The notes beneath the pieces were generated by a model. The model ran no database searches and was not told the DNA's origin. It saw nothing but the letters and a program-made list of their open reading frames with translations. A stretch of DNA of 64,000 nt from Octopus sinensis (Eukaryota): the NCBI RefSeq assembly GCF_006345805.1, contig NC_043003.1, forward strand, positions 9,300,001 to 9,364,000, written 5' to 3'. Below, in pieces: positions 1 to 13,055 of the stretch (position 1 is its first letter; the number at the start of each line of letters is the position of its first letter). The translations under genes were made by a program, and so were the position numbers.

Positions 1-26
1 AATAATAATAATAATAATAATAATAA

Positions 27-1078
27 CAAGTTCTACATGAAGAGGGTTAAAGGTGGACGTGGGCTGATTAGCGTATGGGAGTGCATCAAGAGTGAAAGGA
101 GAAACAAGGCAGAATATTTGGTAAACAGCAAACAAGACCTGCTGCAGTATGCTGCTGATGCAGAAGGATTTAACAAAAATGGATTTGAGAGTGCTCATGA
201 ATTCCGATCAAGACAGCCAACGAGAGAGAAGAAACCCTACTCCGCGTGGAATTACATGGTCAGTTCCACCGTGAAACCAACAGGAAGCCTCATGGAGGTG
301 GCTTAACAAAGATGGCCTAAAAAAGAATACTGGAAGCCTAATCATCGCTGCCCAGGACCAGGCATTGAATACCAACTCAGTGTAAAACAATATGTATCAC
401 ATAAGTGCAACGGACCTCTGCAGAATGTGTGGGAAGGTGTCGAAAGCGTGACTCTCATTGTTTGCGCTTGTTAAAGTCTTGCACAGAAAGAGAACAAGCG
501 TAGACACGATAAGGTAGGCTAAACCACCACTGGCTACAATACTGTAAATATGGACATGAGGTTACGGGTACTTGGTGCCAACATACACCGGAAAAGGTGA
601 TGGAAAAGGGAAGGCAAAAATCCTTTGGGACTTTGACTTCCAGACAGACAAGGTATTAGAGCACCGAAGACTGGATACAGTAACCGTTAGAAGGGACAAA
701 CAAGAGTGACTAATAATCGACGTGGCAGTGCTAGGAGATCAACATATCATCATGAAAGAAAGAGAAAAGGTTAATAAACATGGAGACCTGAGAATCGAAA
801 TCGCTAAAATGTGGTAGCTACGAGAGTCAAACATAAAGGTTATCCCTATTGTTATCGGAGCATTGGGTTCAATACCACCCAATATGAAAAAAACATCTGA
901 AAACTTTAGTAATACTCTACAATCTAGGTGTATTGCAAAAATCGGCATTACTTGGAATTGCACGCACATTGCGTAAAGTACTGTCTGCTGGAGTTCCTTG
1001 TTGTGAATTGACAAACAGTACAAATCCCGGCAGACACAATATCTTCAATCAACAACCTCACAATACTGTGCAACGTCT
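27..1078 (+). mobile_element. 5'-truncated, decayed R4/Dong-clade non-LTR retrotransposon (RT C-terminus, CCHC knuckle, restriction-like endonuclease) inserted in (TAA)n
   Basis: Manual translation across stops/frameshifts: FYMKRVKGGRGLISVWEC..ELHGQFHRET..SLIIAAQDQALNT..DLCRMCG/ESVTLIVCAC*SLAQKENKRRHDKV..KILWDFDFQTDKVLEHRRLD..IIDVAVLGD..KEREKVNKHGDLRIEIAKMW..VIPIVIGALGSIP../LLGIARTLRKVLS. (AAT)n at 1-26 and ATG(ATA)n at about 1079-1098 flank it. Confidence 0.85.
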
Positions 1079-1582
1079 ATGATAATAATAATAATAAAAA
1101 TAATAGTTGTTGGATAAAATGGTAAAAGATCCTGAAATAAATTTACGCCAACAATTAATTTGTGCACCTTCTGATAAAAACATATGCTATCTTAGGTAGT
1201 AGGCTTTGGTATCACATGACATCATTTCAAATGCAAAACACCAAATATCGGTACTTTTCCTGTTTTTACTTCTGCCCTGACCAATACCATCAAGTACAAT
1301 GAAATTTTGTATGGCTGCTGACTAACTTGCGCCAACGGTTGAAGCCAGAAAATACTAAACAATTTCATTTGCATTGCTTATTTCAATATTTCTTTGTTGA
1401 CAAATTTTGTCAGTTTTCACGTACCGTATGTAAACTCTCGGTATGTTACAAGCTTATTTTGTTAAACGGTTCTAACATCTTTCTTTTTCTATTTTCATTA
1501 AGCTCATATAAAGAGTTTCAGATAGTATGTTACAAATGCTTCATTGAAGGTTCCCTGGTATCAGAATTTATCTTTATCATTT

Positions 1583-1967
1583 ATCTTTTACTTGTTTCAT
1601 TCATTTGACTGCGGCCATGCTGGGACACCGTCTTGAATGGTTTTAGTCGAATGTATCGATCCCAGTACTTATTTATTTTGAAGCCTGGTACTTACTCTAT
1701 TGGTCTCTTTTGTCGAATGGCTAATTTTCAGGAACGCAAATACACCAACACCAGTTATCAAGCAGTAGGGGGGAGGGGAAAACACAGACACATAGACACA
1801 GACACACACACTCACACACACATGCTCGACTACTAACTCTACTCACAATGTTTTGGTCGGTTTTAGGCTATAGTAGAAAACACTTGCCTTAGATGCCACG
1901 CAGTGGGATTGAACTTGAAACTATGTGACTCGGAAGCAAGTTTCTCACCATACAACCATGCCTGCGT
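1583..1967 (-). mobile_element. SINE family C (tRNA head, CORE-like domain, internal microsatellite, 3' tail), near full length
   Basis: Minus strand: B-box-like GTTCAATCCCACTGCGTGGCATCTAAGGCAAGTG, tail ...CAGCATGGCCGCAGTCAAATGAATGAAACAAGTAAAAGA; same layout as 4338-4732 and 23153-23554. Confidence 0.8.
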
Positions 1968-2073
1968 CCAAAAAGGATTTTTTCTGTCATCAGCAAAGCT
2001 AAGCTACATTATAAATCTTGGTGAAGTGTATTTTTTTTATGAACAGAAATCTTGAATGAATAGGCACCAAATG

Positions 2074-2124
2074 AATAGGAGCCTAGACTGCTACTCAAAT
2101 AGGAGCCTAGACTGCTACTCAAAT
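2074..2124. repeat. 24-bp tandem duplication
   Basis: AATAGGAGCCTAGACTGCTACTCA at 2074 and 2098, followed by a partial third copy (AAT). Confidence 0.85.
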
Positions 2125-2375
2125 TTCTAACCTGCTTCAAAGCAGCTAAATATTCATATGGTTTTTGAAGTTACTAAATGCCTCTAAAGAGTTTTGGTCA
2201 TTTCCCAATTCATAAGCCATGCAAGGGTTAATGAACTGATGAGTGATTTTAAAGAAGTCCACAATTATCCTTGAACGGTTCGCATGTCAACTGGGGCTTC
2301 TCTGAAAAGCGTGAACAAAATCTTTTGCTGGAGAATTCAAGTGCAACGTCACTAATAAGCACAATGACACCCCCC

Positions 2376-2510
2376 ACACACACACATGCTCGTATATACG
2401 ACAGGCTTCTTTCAGTTTCCGTATATCATCTCTACTTAAAATACTTTGGTCGGCCTCAGGCTATAGTAGAAGACACTCGTCTTAGGTGCCACGCAGTGGG
2501 ACTGAACTCG
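2376..2510 (-). mobile_element. SINE family C, head/core fragment
   Basis: Reverse complement of GTTCAGTCCCACTGCGTGGCACCTAAGACGAGTGTCTTCTACTATAGCC...GGAAACTGAAAGAAGCC. Confidence 0.8.
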
Positions 2511-2519
2511 ATAAAACAG

Positions 2520-2850
2520 CTATAGAATGTACAGGATGAGACATGGTGAAATTATGAAAGCCACATGAGGAATGTTGAAAAAGTCGCAAATGATATAAAA
2601 AGATATTTGATGATAATCCCACGTTATCTTTGTTCCTTTTAAAACTTGTAGGCACAGATGGCAGGAAACATCCAAAGTTATATTAATATTTTTCGAATTA
2701 ATGGAAAAGTTGAAAGTGTTTTTTTGTGCAATATTAAGAAGAATGTTTCGTCCTAGAGGTGAGCGTTTCCTTCTGCAGAAAAGCTCCAAGTCCTAAATAT
2801 TTTCAGTATATTTTCGAATCTTCATTAAGTAAGTCTTGATTTTTGATGTT
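2520..2850 (-). mobile_element. Possible decayed Penelope-like element linker / pre-GIY-YIG fragment
   Basis: Frame RRKRSPLGRNILL..SCHLCLQVLKGTKITW..SFYIICDF resembles the RQPxNLxxIL..CxxC..G..ITF..F.I..F region of PLE ORFs; weak by-eye similarity. Confidence 0.3.
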
Positions 2851-3119
2851 TTAATTTCCTTTCTTTGATCTTAGTCTTTGATATCGTTATGTTTGTGACG
2901 TCGGATGATCTCTGATTACACTGATTACGCTGTTAACACCATACTAGTGATGACTGTGTCATTCTTATTATATACGAGTTCATTCTCTCCTGTGATCAAC
3001 TAAAGCAAATGTATAAGCGTCCGATGAAAATGTCTGAGGATTTTGTCATCTGGAATTTTATCCTCAGCATGCTGAAAACCCTGTGATACACACATGTATG
3101 TGTACTTGTGCGTATGCGC

Positions 3120-3151
<32 letters not shown>

Positions 3152-3156
<5 letters not shown>

Positions 3157-3290
3157 TCTGACGAAGTGCTCCGCCCGAAACGTTAATTCCTCCTTCTTTC
3201 TTTCCTTTCCTGAGCGTCCAATAACACTATACTTGTGCCACGTCCTCGCGTTCTTGTGTTTTCTTTTTGTGTTTTCATGTTTGGATTAAC
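3152..3290 (+). mobile_element. Penelope-like pseudo-LTR remnant, family P1, with degenerate hammerhead core, between two (TA)n tracts
   Basis: TATGTTT-CTGACGA-A-GTGC-TCC-GCCC-GAAA-CGTT at 3151-3184; ends TTTGGATTAAC then (TA)n; clearly homologous to 47594-47730 on the minus strand. Confidence 0.7.
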
Positions 3291-3356
<66 letters not shown>

Positions 3357-3973
3357 CATGCATACATACACAGTGTACATTTAAACACATAAGAGGCATC
3401 GTTCATAGGACTCCTTTACCCTTTGATATATATATATATTGCTCATTATAGCGATTTGGGATTACGGAAAATTTAAGGTCTACTTTGTTTTAAATATACA
3501 TACCTCTCAATGGGAAAAATATTCGGAATATACATTGATATTTTATCTTGTTAGAGCAGTTAAATTAGTGTCACTAATTTCCTTTATAATGCATCTGATA
3601 ATAGTAATGATTATTTAATTCATTCACTTTTGATTCTCAGGTCGCATACTGTATAAATAGTTATAACCTTATAATCTCTTATCGGATAAAAGCTGCGTAT
3701 CCTTTCTTTGATACCATAAGATAAATTAATAATTAATGAGATTGATTCTGATTTTTCAAACTACGTATGTATAATACTATTGTGGAAATTACTTTGTTTA
3801 CTTTTAACATCGAGTTCAAAATATTTGTTTTATCTTTTAAATGTATATCGTTTGGAATTATTCAAATTATTCATAGTGCACTATAACTAAATAAATTATC
3901 TACATTTTTGACATATGTACTGTTATGCAAACTAGGTAGGCTACAATAGCTGATCCTTACTTTGCATTATAAA

Positions 3974-4170
3974 TACGAAGGGGTTTTGAAAAGTTCCTGG
4001 CTTTAAGGGTGTCACGAAAGGCCCAACCTTACAGGGTTTAGAAAAACTGAAGGACCGCTTCAATAAGTGTGTGAATCTGAGAGGGAAATATGTTGAATAA
4101 AATCAAAATTAACAGACCATTTCATAATTGCTTTTACCCCAAACCTGTAACTTTTCAGCACATCCGCGTA
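3974..4170 (+). mobile_element. Non-autonomous mariner derivative (MITE-like, ~197 bp) with TIRs and TA ends
   Basis: Left TACGAAGGGGTTTTGAAAAGTTCCTGG; right end reverse-complements to TACGCGGATGTGCTGAAAAGTTACAGG; internal mariner C-terminus QGLEKLKDRFNKCVNLRGKYVE*. Confidence 0.8.
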
Positions 4171-4337
4171 ACTATAAATTACAAATCTTTCCATTAGCAG
4201 ATTGAAATTTCATTTTTTTCTTTCTTGAATTAGTCAGTCTGACCTCAGTATTTCTGCTCACGGGCATATGAAAACATCGTAATAACCACTTTGTTCATTT
4301 TTCAGATTTCATATTTGTTTATTTTGAATATGTTTAT

Positions 4338-4498
4338 AGGCGAAGAGATGTTCTTGTGGTTAAGAAGTTCACTTCGTTACCACGTGGTTTCAGGCTAAGT
4401 TTCTCTGTGCAGTACATTGGGAAATTATACAATTGTTCGTGGCCGATGAATGACGTTTGAAGGAATTTAGTAGATAGAAACTGTAGAGAAGCTGGTCA

Positions 4499-4548
<50 letters not shown>

Positions 4549-4732
4549 TGTGTCTTTGTGGTTATACTCGCTGCATGACATCTGATGTTGGGATGTTTTC
4601 GTTCTCGTAAAAGAAAAGAATGACAGGATAACTACTAAACTTATAATGCCAGAGTCGATTTATTCGATTTACCCTTGAAGATGGTGCCTCATTATGGCCG
4701 CTGTCCAATGACCCAAACAAATTAAAAGAAAA
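4338..4732 (+). mobile_element. SINE family C, diverged full-length copy with internal (TG)n
   Basis: Head GGCGAAGAGATGTTCTTGTGGTTAAGAAG, internal (TG)n about 4503-4550, tail GATGGTGCCTCATTATGGCCGCTGTCCAATGACCCAAACAAATTAAAAGA. Confidence 0.65.
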
Positions 4733-4739
4733 AAATACA

Positions 4740-4787
4740 CACATACATACATACATACATACATACATACATACATACATACATACA

Positions 4788-4815
<28 letters not shown>
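4740..4815. repeat. (TACA)n microsatellite
   Basis: Direct reading. Confidence 0.95.
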
Positions 4816-4818
<3 letters not shown>

Positions 4819-5283
4819 TTTAGGAATATGTCAAGGTTTCGCTATGAAGCTGAAGTCCATCCAGTGGGACAATAAATTACGTTTTTTCGTCAAATAATTG
4901 ACTTATACCGGGATAAAACGCTGTTCCTAGAAACTAGTTGCCTTCTGAGAGACACAAACAGAACCTTCTTCAGCTGGAAGACAAAAGTCATGTAACCCAC
5001 TATTGCAAAGCTATAAAGCCACAAGGTGACGATAGATTTAAGTTAAAATGACCAAATCCAAATCTCTGAGTTATGAGTGGAATAACTACAGCATAGTGCC
5101 TCTCTAATGACAAGTATTTTGATAAAGACAATGTCTACTAGAGCTATAATTTTAAAATATTTTCACAATACATTAGACATTCCCTAAAACTGCCAAAGTC
5201 AATCAAAGAATTAGGTTCTAGAAGGATAGCAATTAACAGAGAAATTAACATTATGTAAACTGAGAAAGAAAAAGGAAACAGCA

Positions 5284-5421
5284 TTGGCACAAGGCCAGTA
5301 ATCTCGGGTGGAGGGGTTTAAGTCAATTTCATCGACCTCAGTGATCAAAAAGTACTTACTTTATCGATCCCGAAAGGGATGGAAGGCAAAGTCGACCTTG
5401 GTGGAATTCGAACTCGGACGT
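5284..5421 (-). mobile_element. SINE family A (tail type 2), 5'-truncated
   Basis: TTGGCACAAGGCCAG...ATCGATCCCGAAAGGGATGGAAGGCAAAGTCGACC...GAATTCGAACTC matches the other A copies. Confidence 0.75.
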
Positions 5422-5651
5422 ATAAAATAAATACATACACGTGCGTGTGCATGTATACAAAATACATACACACACATATAAATGTATGTATGTGAGTATA
5501 GGTATTCATGTATAAAGCGATATTTCTGGTTATTTTTCCGGGTGTTGTTGTAAATATTTGTTCTTAAATATAACTGCCCAATAATTCTTAACAAAACTTA
5601 CCTTCCATATATACCTAACTATTTACATAGGTAATATATCTGGTCAGTACC

Positions 5652-5883
5652 TATTTCTTTACTACCCACAAGGGGCTAAAAACAGAGAGGACAAACAAGG
5701 ACAGACAAACGGATTAAGTCGATTATATCGACCCCAGTGCGTAACTGGTACTTATTTAATCGACCCCGAAAGGATGAAAGGCAAAGTTGACCTCGGCGGA
5801 ATTTGAACCCAGAACGTAACGGCAGACGAAGAACTGCTAAGCATTTCGCCTGGCGTGTTAACGATTCTGCCAGCTCGCCGCCT
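5652..5883 (-). mobile_element. SINE family A (tail type 1), full length, with 17-bp target-site duplication
   Basis: Minus-strand head AGGCGGCGAGCTGGCAGAATCGTT...GTTCAAATTCCGCC, tail ...CCCCTTGTGGGTAGTAAAGAAATA; TATATCTGGTCAGTACC at both 5635-5651 and 5884-5900. Confidence 0.92.
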
Positions 5884-5957
5884 TATATCTGGTCAGTACC
5901 AATAGCAGCAACACAATCACATGTAATACGTTTCAACTTAATATTACAAATCAGTTG

Positions 5958-6170
5958 GGCGGTGAGCTAGCAGAGTCCCATTAGCAGGCCGAGCAAAATA
6001 CTTAACGGGATTTCGTCCGTCTTTACGTTCGGAGTTCAAATTCCGCTGAGGTAGACTTTGTTTTTCATCCGTTCGGATTCGATAAAATAAGCACCAGTTG
6101 AACACTGGAGTTAATGTAATCAAGTTACACCCTCCGCCGAACATGCTGGCCATGTGCCAAGATTTGAAAC
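5958..6170 (+). mobile_element. SINE family A (tail type 2), full length
   Basis: GGCGGTGAGCTAGCAGA...GAGTTCAAATTCCGCTGAGG...TGCTGGCCATGTGCCAAGATTTGAAAC. Confidence 0.85.
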
Positions 6171-6617
6171 GAATATTACTAATTAGTGGTATTGTTTGAT
6201 TGAATTTATTTTCCTAAAGTATCTACAAAAATAAGTTTTTCCACATCTCTCCATTTATACTCTTCTTTTTTTTTTCTTTTACTTAACTTTACTCTACTCA
6301 ACACCTATATCTTTCTCATTCCATTATAAACACGGAAACTGAAAGAGAAAACTAACGGGTGTCAAGAAGTAACTGTATGCTCTGCATACATATTAGCCTT
6401 TGAGTATAATACCTATATGAGGCTACAGTTGTACATTTTCATGTACTCTGAACATGTTTTACCTGCTCATCAAACAATGCTTGCAATTAGATATGTAGTA
6501 GCCCCACCTCTTTTAAATGTATTCTTCTACGAAAGACATGTAGCATTAGCAATAGACAATCCCGCCCCTTCATCTGTGTGACTGTATCTCTGTGTGTGTG
6601 TGCATACGTACATATGC

Positions 6618-6649
<32 letters not shown>

Positions 6650-6847
6650 CTGTCTGTATATATATATGTGTATATACATTGCATTTTGTACATGCTATAG
6701 TGCATAACTTTATTTCATCCTACTAAATCATATATAATTTAATTTATTCTATCATACTACAATACAATATGATACACTATAGTATACTATATACAATCTA
6801 TCTATAGTATAGACACACGCACATAAATGTATATATGTATATGTATG

Positions 6848-6943
<96 letters not shown>

Positions 6944-7816
6944 TGGATTTACAAAGAGAGAAAAATGTACTCAATACAAGTAACAGAGTATATTAGTATA
7001 TCTGAAGCTGAGGATATTCCGACTTTCCAGTTTCCGTTTATTAGTACGTATGTGCGTGTATATGTATGCATGCATGTAATGTATGAGTGTGTTTCTCTGT
7101 GTGCGCGTGTGTGTTTATCTGTGTGTGTGTGTCTGTGTGTGTATGTGTGTGTCTGTGTGTGCGTGTTTATGTATCTAGGAATATATATTTACATGCAGTT
7201 ATATTTATACATCAGGTAGAGAATATTTCTACTTGCAATGTATGCACGATGACAATGCGCCGTGAAAGTTACGTCTGAAACTACAAAGAAAATTATGTAG
7301 TATTTTGTGCCTTTGTCTCATGTTCACTTTGAACAATACCAGATACAGTAGCAGTAACAGCTTCTTCCTCTTCTTCTTCATCAAGCTATTACCTAGATCT
7401 TTCTACCCTCAACCCCATCAACTTTAGCTTTAGTTGTACCGGTCCCCATCAGTATTTTCACCCTTCATCACACTATCAAATCCTTACCAGTAGGAGTTAC
7501 ACCTGTTCCTATCAGCATTAATTAATACCAATATTATCAACAAAAAGAAAACAAATCACACAAAAAAACTTCAACTATATGATTAATAACTGAAAAAACT
7601 TCGTTAAATTGTTTAACGTATCCTTTCAAATAGTTACTTGTTTTCAGTGTTCACCAAGCTTAACGGTATCGACATAGCATTGCTCCTATCAACATATTTC
7701 ACCTCACTCATCATCTTTAGCTTGTATTTTTCTATATCCAATATTTTTCAGTTTATGAAATTAGAATTTTAAAAAATTTTGATTGTATTATTTTTGTTCT
7801 TTGGGTATTATTATTA

Positions 7817-7865
<49 letters not shown>

Positions 7866-8680
7866 CATTATTATTATTATTAATATATCTGTCTATTTTA
7901 TTTGTTACTTTTGAAATCATTTTTATTTTGTATTAATATCATTACATTTATTCAATAGTTACACTCATTACACTGACTGAACTTGGGTTTTTTAAAGTGA
8001 AGAGAAGTTACGAAGAATTTATCCAGTCGACTGTTGAACAATCTTTCTTATATTTTTACATCATTAAATTTGCATTGTGATAAAAAAAAATGGAGATGAA
8101 GAGTAAGGAAGGAAGGATAAGTGATCAGAAAAGGAGGTGAGAATGGGAAAACAAGAAAATAGCCGACGGTAAATAGTAAGTTAGTAAAAAAACAAAGAAA
8201 GTGGTGGGTGGGGTCATGAATGAAATAAGCCCTATAGAAACTAATGATGAAACATTCAGTGCCTCCGCAAAAGATAAAAGCAACTATAATTAAAAGATAT
8301 AATCGTTTGGTCAATTGGGGAAAATGAGATTACAAACTACAACAACGACAACACTGACGATGACAATGTATTGAAAACCAACTATATATTAGTACCTACA
8401 TAAAAAACAAACGAACAAACAAAAAGCCTGCGAAAAAGCATCTACAGGTCACTCGATTTACTAGGAGCATCAGTTTAATTTCCGTTATATCCCAGAGATT
8501 TTGCTTTCCTTTTAAAAATGAAAAAAAATGAGGGCGACATAGTCATGGCTGGAACGCCTTTCATGATAAATCTGCTTGATCAGAATTGATCTGGGATTAC
8601 ACAGCAGCAGCAGCAGCAACGACCGCAACAAGAAGGGTTCCAGTACAATAACAACCGGAAGACTACCAAACAACAATATA

Positions 8681-8724
<44 letters not shown>

Positions 8725-11700
8725 ATAGAAAGATAGATAGATATGTGTGTGTGGGTGAGTGTATGTATTCATGTATTTAAATAGAAAGTGAAACATCATC
8801 CATCTATCGTAATCATCAGAGTCGTCACCACCATCATAGTCATCACTATCATTCTTCCTATCGTCGTCGTCGCCGTCGTAGTCATCATCATCATCACCAT
8901 AATCATCATCATCATTTAATCTACTTCCACATCAATAACAGCCATAAGTCTAACGATCAAAAAATAATATTTCAACTGAGTGTGCCAAGAGAAATTACAA
9001 TGAATTAGTATTAATCCCATTACCACAGAAGCACCAACACAACAACGGCGACGACTACCACTACCACTACCACTTCGACCACCATTGCGATCAACGCCGC
9101 CACTTTCATTAATAATACTATTACCGAAACTGCCCAACGCCACATCTCGTTATCATCACTATCACAACTGGTAGTGCAACTACCAAAACTACTATAGAGC
9201 CCAGTACAATCAACGTTAATAATTAACATTAAAAACTAATTATACTACGGGCATATTTTATTTAGAAATATGAAATTAAAGTAGTTTTCTTCATAATTTG
9301 TATACTGAATTAAACATATTAAATCATCGTTAACCACAATACTGGAGTATATCATAATTCGGAATATACCAATTTTTACACTTTAAAACAAAATTATTTT
9401 TCTCTGCAACTGTAATAATAGTTTTGCACTGTTTGGAAAACATTATTCTTCAAAGCCTGGAAAGGTTATTATGATCTGTTGCTGTTTGGGAAAAGTGTAG
9501 TTTTGAAACAGTTCGTAACAGATTCTCAGACAGTACCATTTTTCACAATTGGTGAATCTCTACGCCGTTTAGGAAACTACTATGCAAATTTATACAGCTT
9601 AACAAATGTATTCATTACTTTTCACAAGTGCTAAATGAACCACAGTTTGACAGAGTTAATGTAAGTCCTATTATTTTTCCATCTAATTTTGAAATCGGCA
9701 ATGGTTTTATTATTCCCCTAAATATATAAATTGCAGACAGATAGTTAAAAAAAAAAAGAGAAGAGAAGAAGAAAAAAGTATGAAAATTATTGCAAAATAA
9801 AATATAACTTTATTCGTGATTATAGAAACAACTATATCGATAAAGACGTTTATTTTGTTCCTCCTCATCGAATTCAGAGAACCAAAATTAGGTTGTAGGC
9901 TGAAAACACAAACGCTGATTAAGAGCAGCGACAGCAAGAATATCAACAACGATTATAAAAAGCAATAATTATAGTCAGGTCTATATAAAAATTATATCAA
10001 TGTTAGATAAAATAAACTAACTGTAAAAGAATAATCATTGCATGAGATAAAATGACGAAATGTCCTCCCCAGCATTTATTAACTTCGAAGGGTATAGTTT
10101 ATAAATGTTAATGAAACAACAACAACGTATATAATGCCAATAAAGAGATACTATTTGCATATATTACTACATACATAAAGTAAATACATAAGATATACAT
10201 ACAGCCAAGCTTCCGTATATGCATATACACATACACACACAAGCGCACACACAGACACATACGCAAAAACACACACTTACACTACATTGGGTTTAATATA
10301 CACACAAGCATACATTCCCCCCACACACATATAAACAACACTGGGTTTTATACATACACACACATGAATGTATGCACATGTATTTTAGATAATGCTAAAT
10401 AAATTTCCGTACATCCAACGCTACTACACTCTAGAATTTTTTGTATAGTCTTACAAATGTATGTTGTAATTAAAGTACGTTAGTAGAGTTTATTTTATTT
10501 GACATTTTGGGATACATGTCTTAAATTTATCATTTAAGTACTAACAGTTTTTCTTTTGAATTAATAATAATAGCAACAAAACAACAATAATAATAAATAA
10601 TAGCAACAAAACAATAATAATAAGATGAATAAGGTTTAGAATAAGAAATATTTTTATATCTATAGTAATTATTATTTGTTTATCATTAAGTTAGTTGTAA
10701 TATATATATTAAGTTTATTGAAAGAAGTTATTTATCCGAGCACCTCCTTCAGGGTCGGGATAGTGAGTTTCTGAAATGTATTACCAGAAATACATACAAG
10801 ATTGTATACATGCACAAATACTTTCTTTGATAGATAGATGGATAGATACATAGACCGTAGAAAGATATATAGATAGACAGTCCATCTGTACAAACATAGA
10901 GACTAATATATACATACATACATACACACGTTTACCACACACAATTACAAGCGACTTCGTGTTAATTCTGTAAAATTTCTAGATTAAAGTTATAAAAGCA
11001 AGAGAACCGATTAACAAACAGGTATTCAAATTAATAAAGACAAGGCTACTCTACAGACATTCATACATTCTTACTGACAGTTAGGTAAAGATCTACACAC
11101 ACAGATATAAATTATGGAATAGATGAAAAGTTAGCTGTTTTCTTTCGTTAGAATAGGTAAATAATTATATACTCGCTCATACAAACATACGAGCATACAC
11201 ACAAACAAAACCGCACACCTAGTCACGCATACATACAGACACTCATATACCCACTTGCACAATATTTGCATGCGTGTATATATATGTATATGCACATACG
11301 TATATATGCACTTATACACATAAATTAAAACAAACACACAAGAAAAGGGCAAGAACACATACATACAGACGCACAAAAAATTACACCCACGCAGAAAAGA
11401 CATAAGTATTCAAAATTAGATCAAAAATATCATGCCCATTCAGTTAACCTCACCATGTTCAAGCATATTAAAAAATATATACACATTCCTCACACACACA
11501 TGTACATATATAAATACATAGGAACACTCATATATTTGTACATACTTATTATCATATATCCGTATACATTTATAAACGCATGCTCTGTATAACATATCAC
11601 CTATGAAACATTAAAATAAGCCACACACTAACCACATTGCGACCTTTGTGTGGCTTCATCGATTTCATAACACCCAACATACATATTGAAAAAAACTTTG

Positions 11701-12384
11701 GTGATTCTCCTTATGAATGTGTGCGCGCATTCCGTGCGTGACGTGTGTGCGTGTAGAGCGTGTAAGGATTGTACGTAGGATTGTATGTATTTGTTTGCAC
11801 GGTTGCGTATCCATTTGCGTATACAGTACGGGTCTATGCCGGGACGTCTGTGATATCTGTATGCACGAGCAACGAAAATGTGCGCGCGTGTGTATGCGAC
11901 GGTGTTCTTACGCCAAGTCACTTAAATTTGGAAATTTTACAAAGGAATCATTCCCAGGCTTTTCACCACCACCGGATCTTGGTTGATTAAAAAAAAAGAA
12001 AAAATTCTATTGAGCCGCAACTAGCGGCACCTTTGTGGATTACCTTTGATGTTTTTACCTTGAAGAGGGTGAAAAGCCTCTATGAAACGGGTTACCTTTA
12101 TTTCAAGGACTACATTCGGATTCTAATCCCGGTAAGATCATAATATTCTTATTGTTAATCGTGTATTCATATATTACATATATCCATTCATATATATATA
12201 TTTGTTCACATACCACGCACAGACACATATAGATACATAGACACACACTTGTGTGTATCTAAATATATGCATATATATATATATAATACACACACACACA
12301 TACATACACAAACAAAGATATATATATATGCATGCGTGTATGAACATGTGAAGTATATCTATCTCTCCTCTCTCTCTCTCTCTT

Positions 12385-12453
<69 letters not shown>

Positions 12454-12589
12454 AGTTATACTTGATTAAAGATTTAAAAAGCGACTATAGTTCATATACA
12501 TATATCTGCACACTTACACAAATACACGTACACATACATGGATAGTCACACATATACGTACATACGTATACATACTTACATACATACCC

Positions 12590-12590
<1 letters not shown>

Positions 12591-12668
<78 letters not shown>
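12591..12668. repeat. (TATC)n microsatellite within a mixed (CA)/(TA)/(TG) field spanning about 12200-13100
   Basis: Direct reading; explains the YLSI/IYIY/THTH ORFs in the track. Confidence 0.95.
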
Positions 12669-12669
<1 letters not shown>

Positions 12670-13022
12670 GTCTGTCTATGTCTGTCTATGTCTGTCTATC
12701 TATCTACAATATATATATATATACATATACATGTTTGGATAAATATACACATATATGTGTTTGTGTATTCATATATAAACAACCACACACGCATTCAAAC
12801 ATACACAGACAAGGTGCACACACGCATATATGCAGGTGAACATAACAAACAAGCACGTGCTTAAACATTTCTATTTCTCCGATATCGCTTTTCTTTTATT
12901 TTGTGTGTGTGTGCGTGTGTGTGTGTGTGTGTGTCTGTATTGTGTGTGTATATATATACAAATATATATAGCAAAATGCATACGGGCCACCATACATATA
13001 TTTATCGGGTTTTTGATGAATT

Positions 13023-13055
<33 letters not shown>

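Noticed and set aside
3021-3080. CCGATGA..CTGAGGAT/ATCCTCAG hairpin..GAAA, considered as a hammerhead or SECIS
   Set aside because: No stem I or stem III partners for a hammerhead; for a SECIS, the unpaired AA is missing at the required distance from ATGA on this strand.
12045-12100. TTGAAGAGG...CCTC..GAAACGGGTTA hammerhead-like string
   Set aside because: Core C3 is missing, there are extra bases before GAAA, and there is no stem I.
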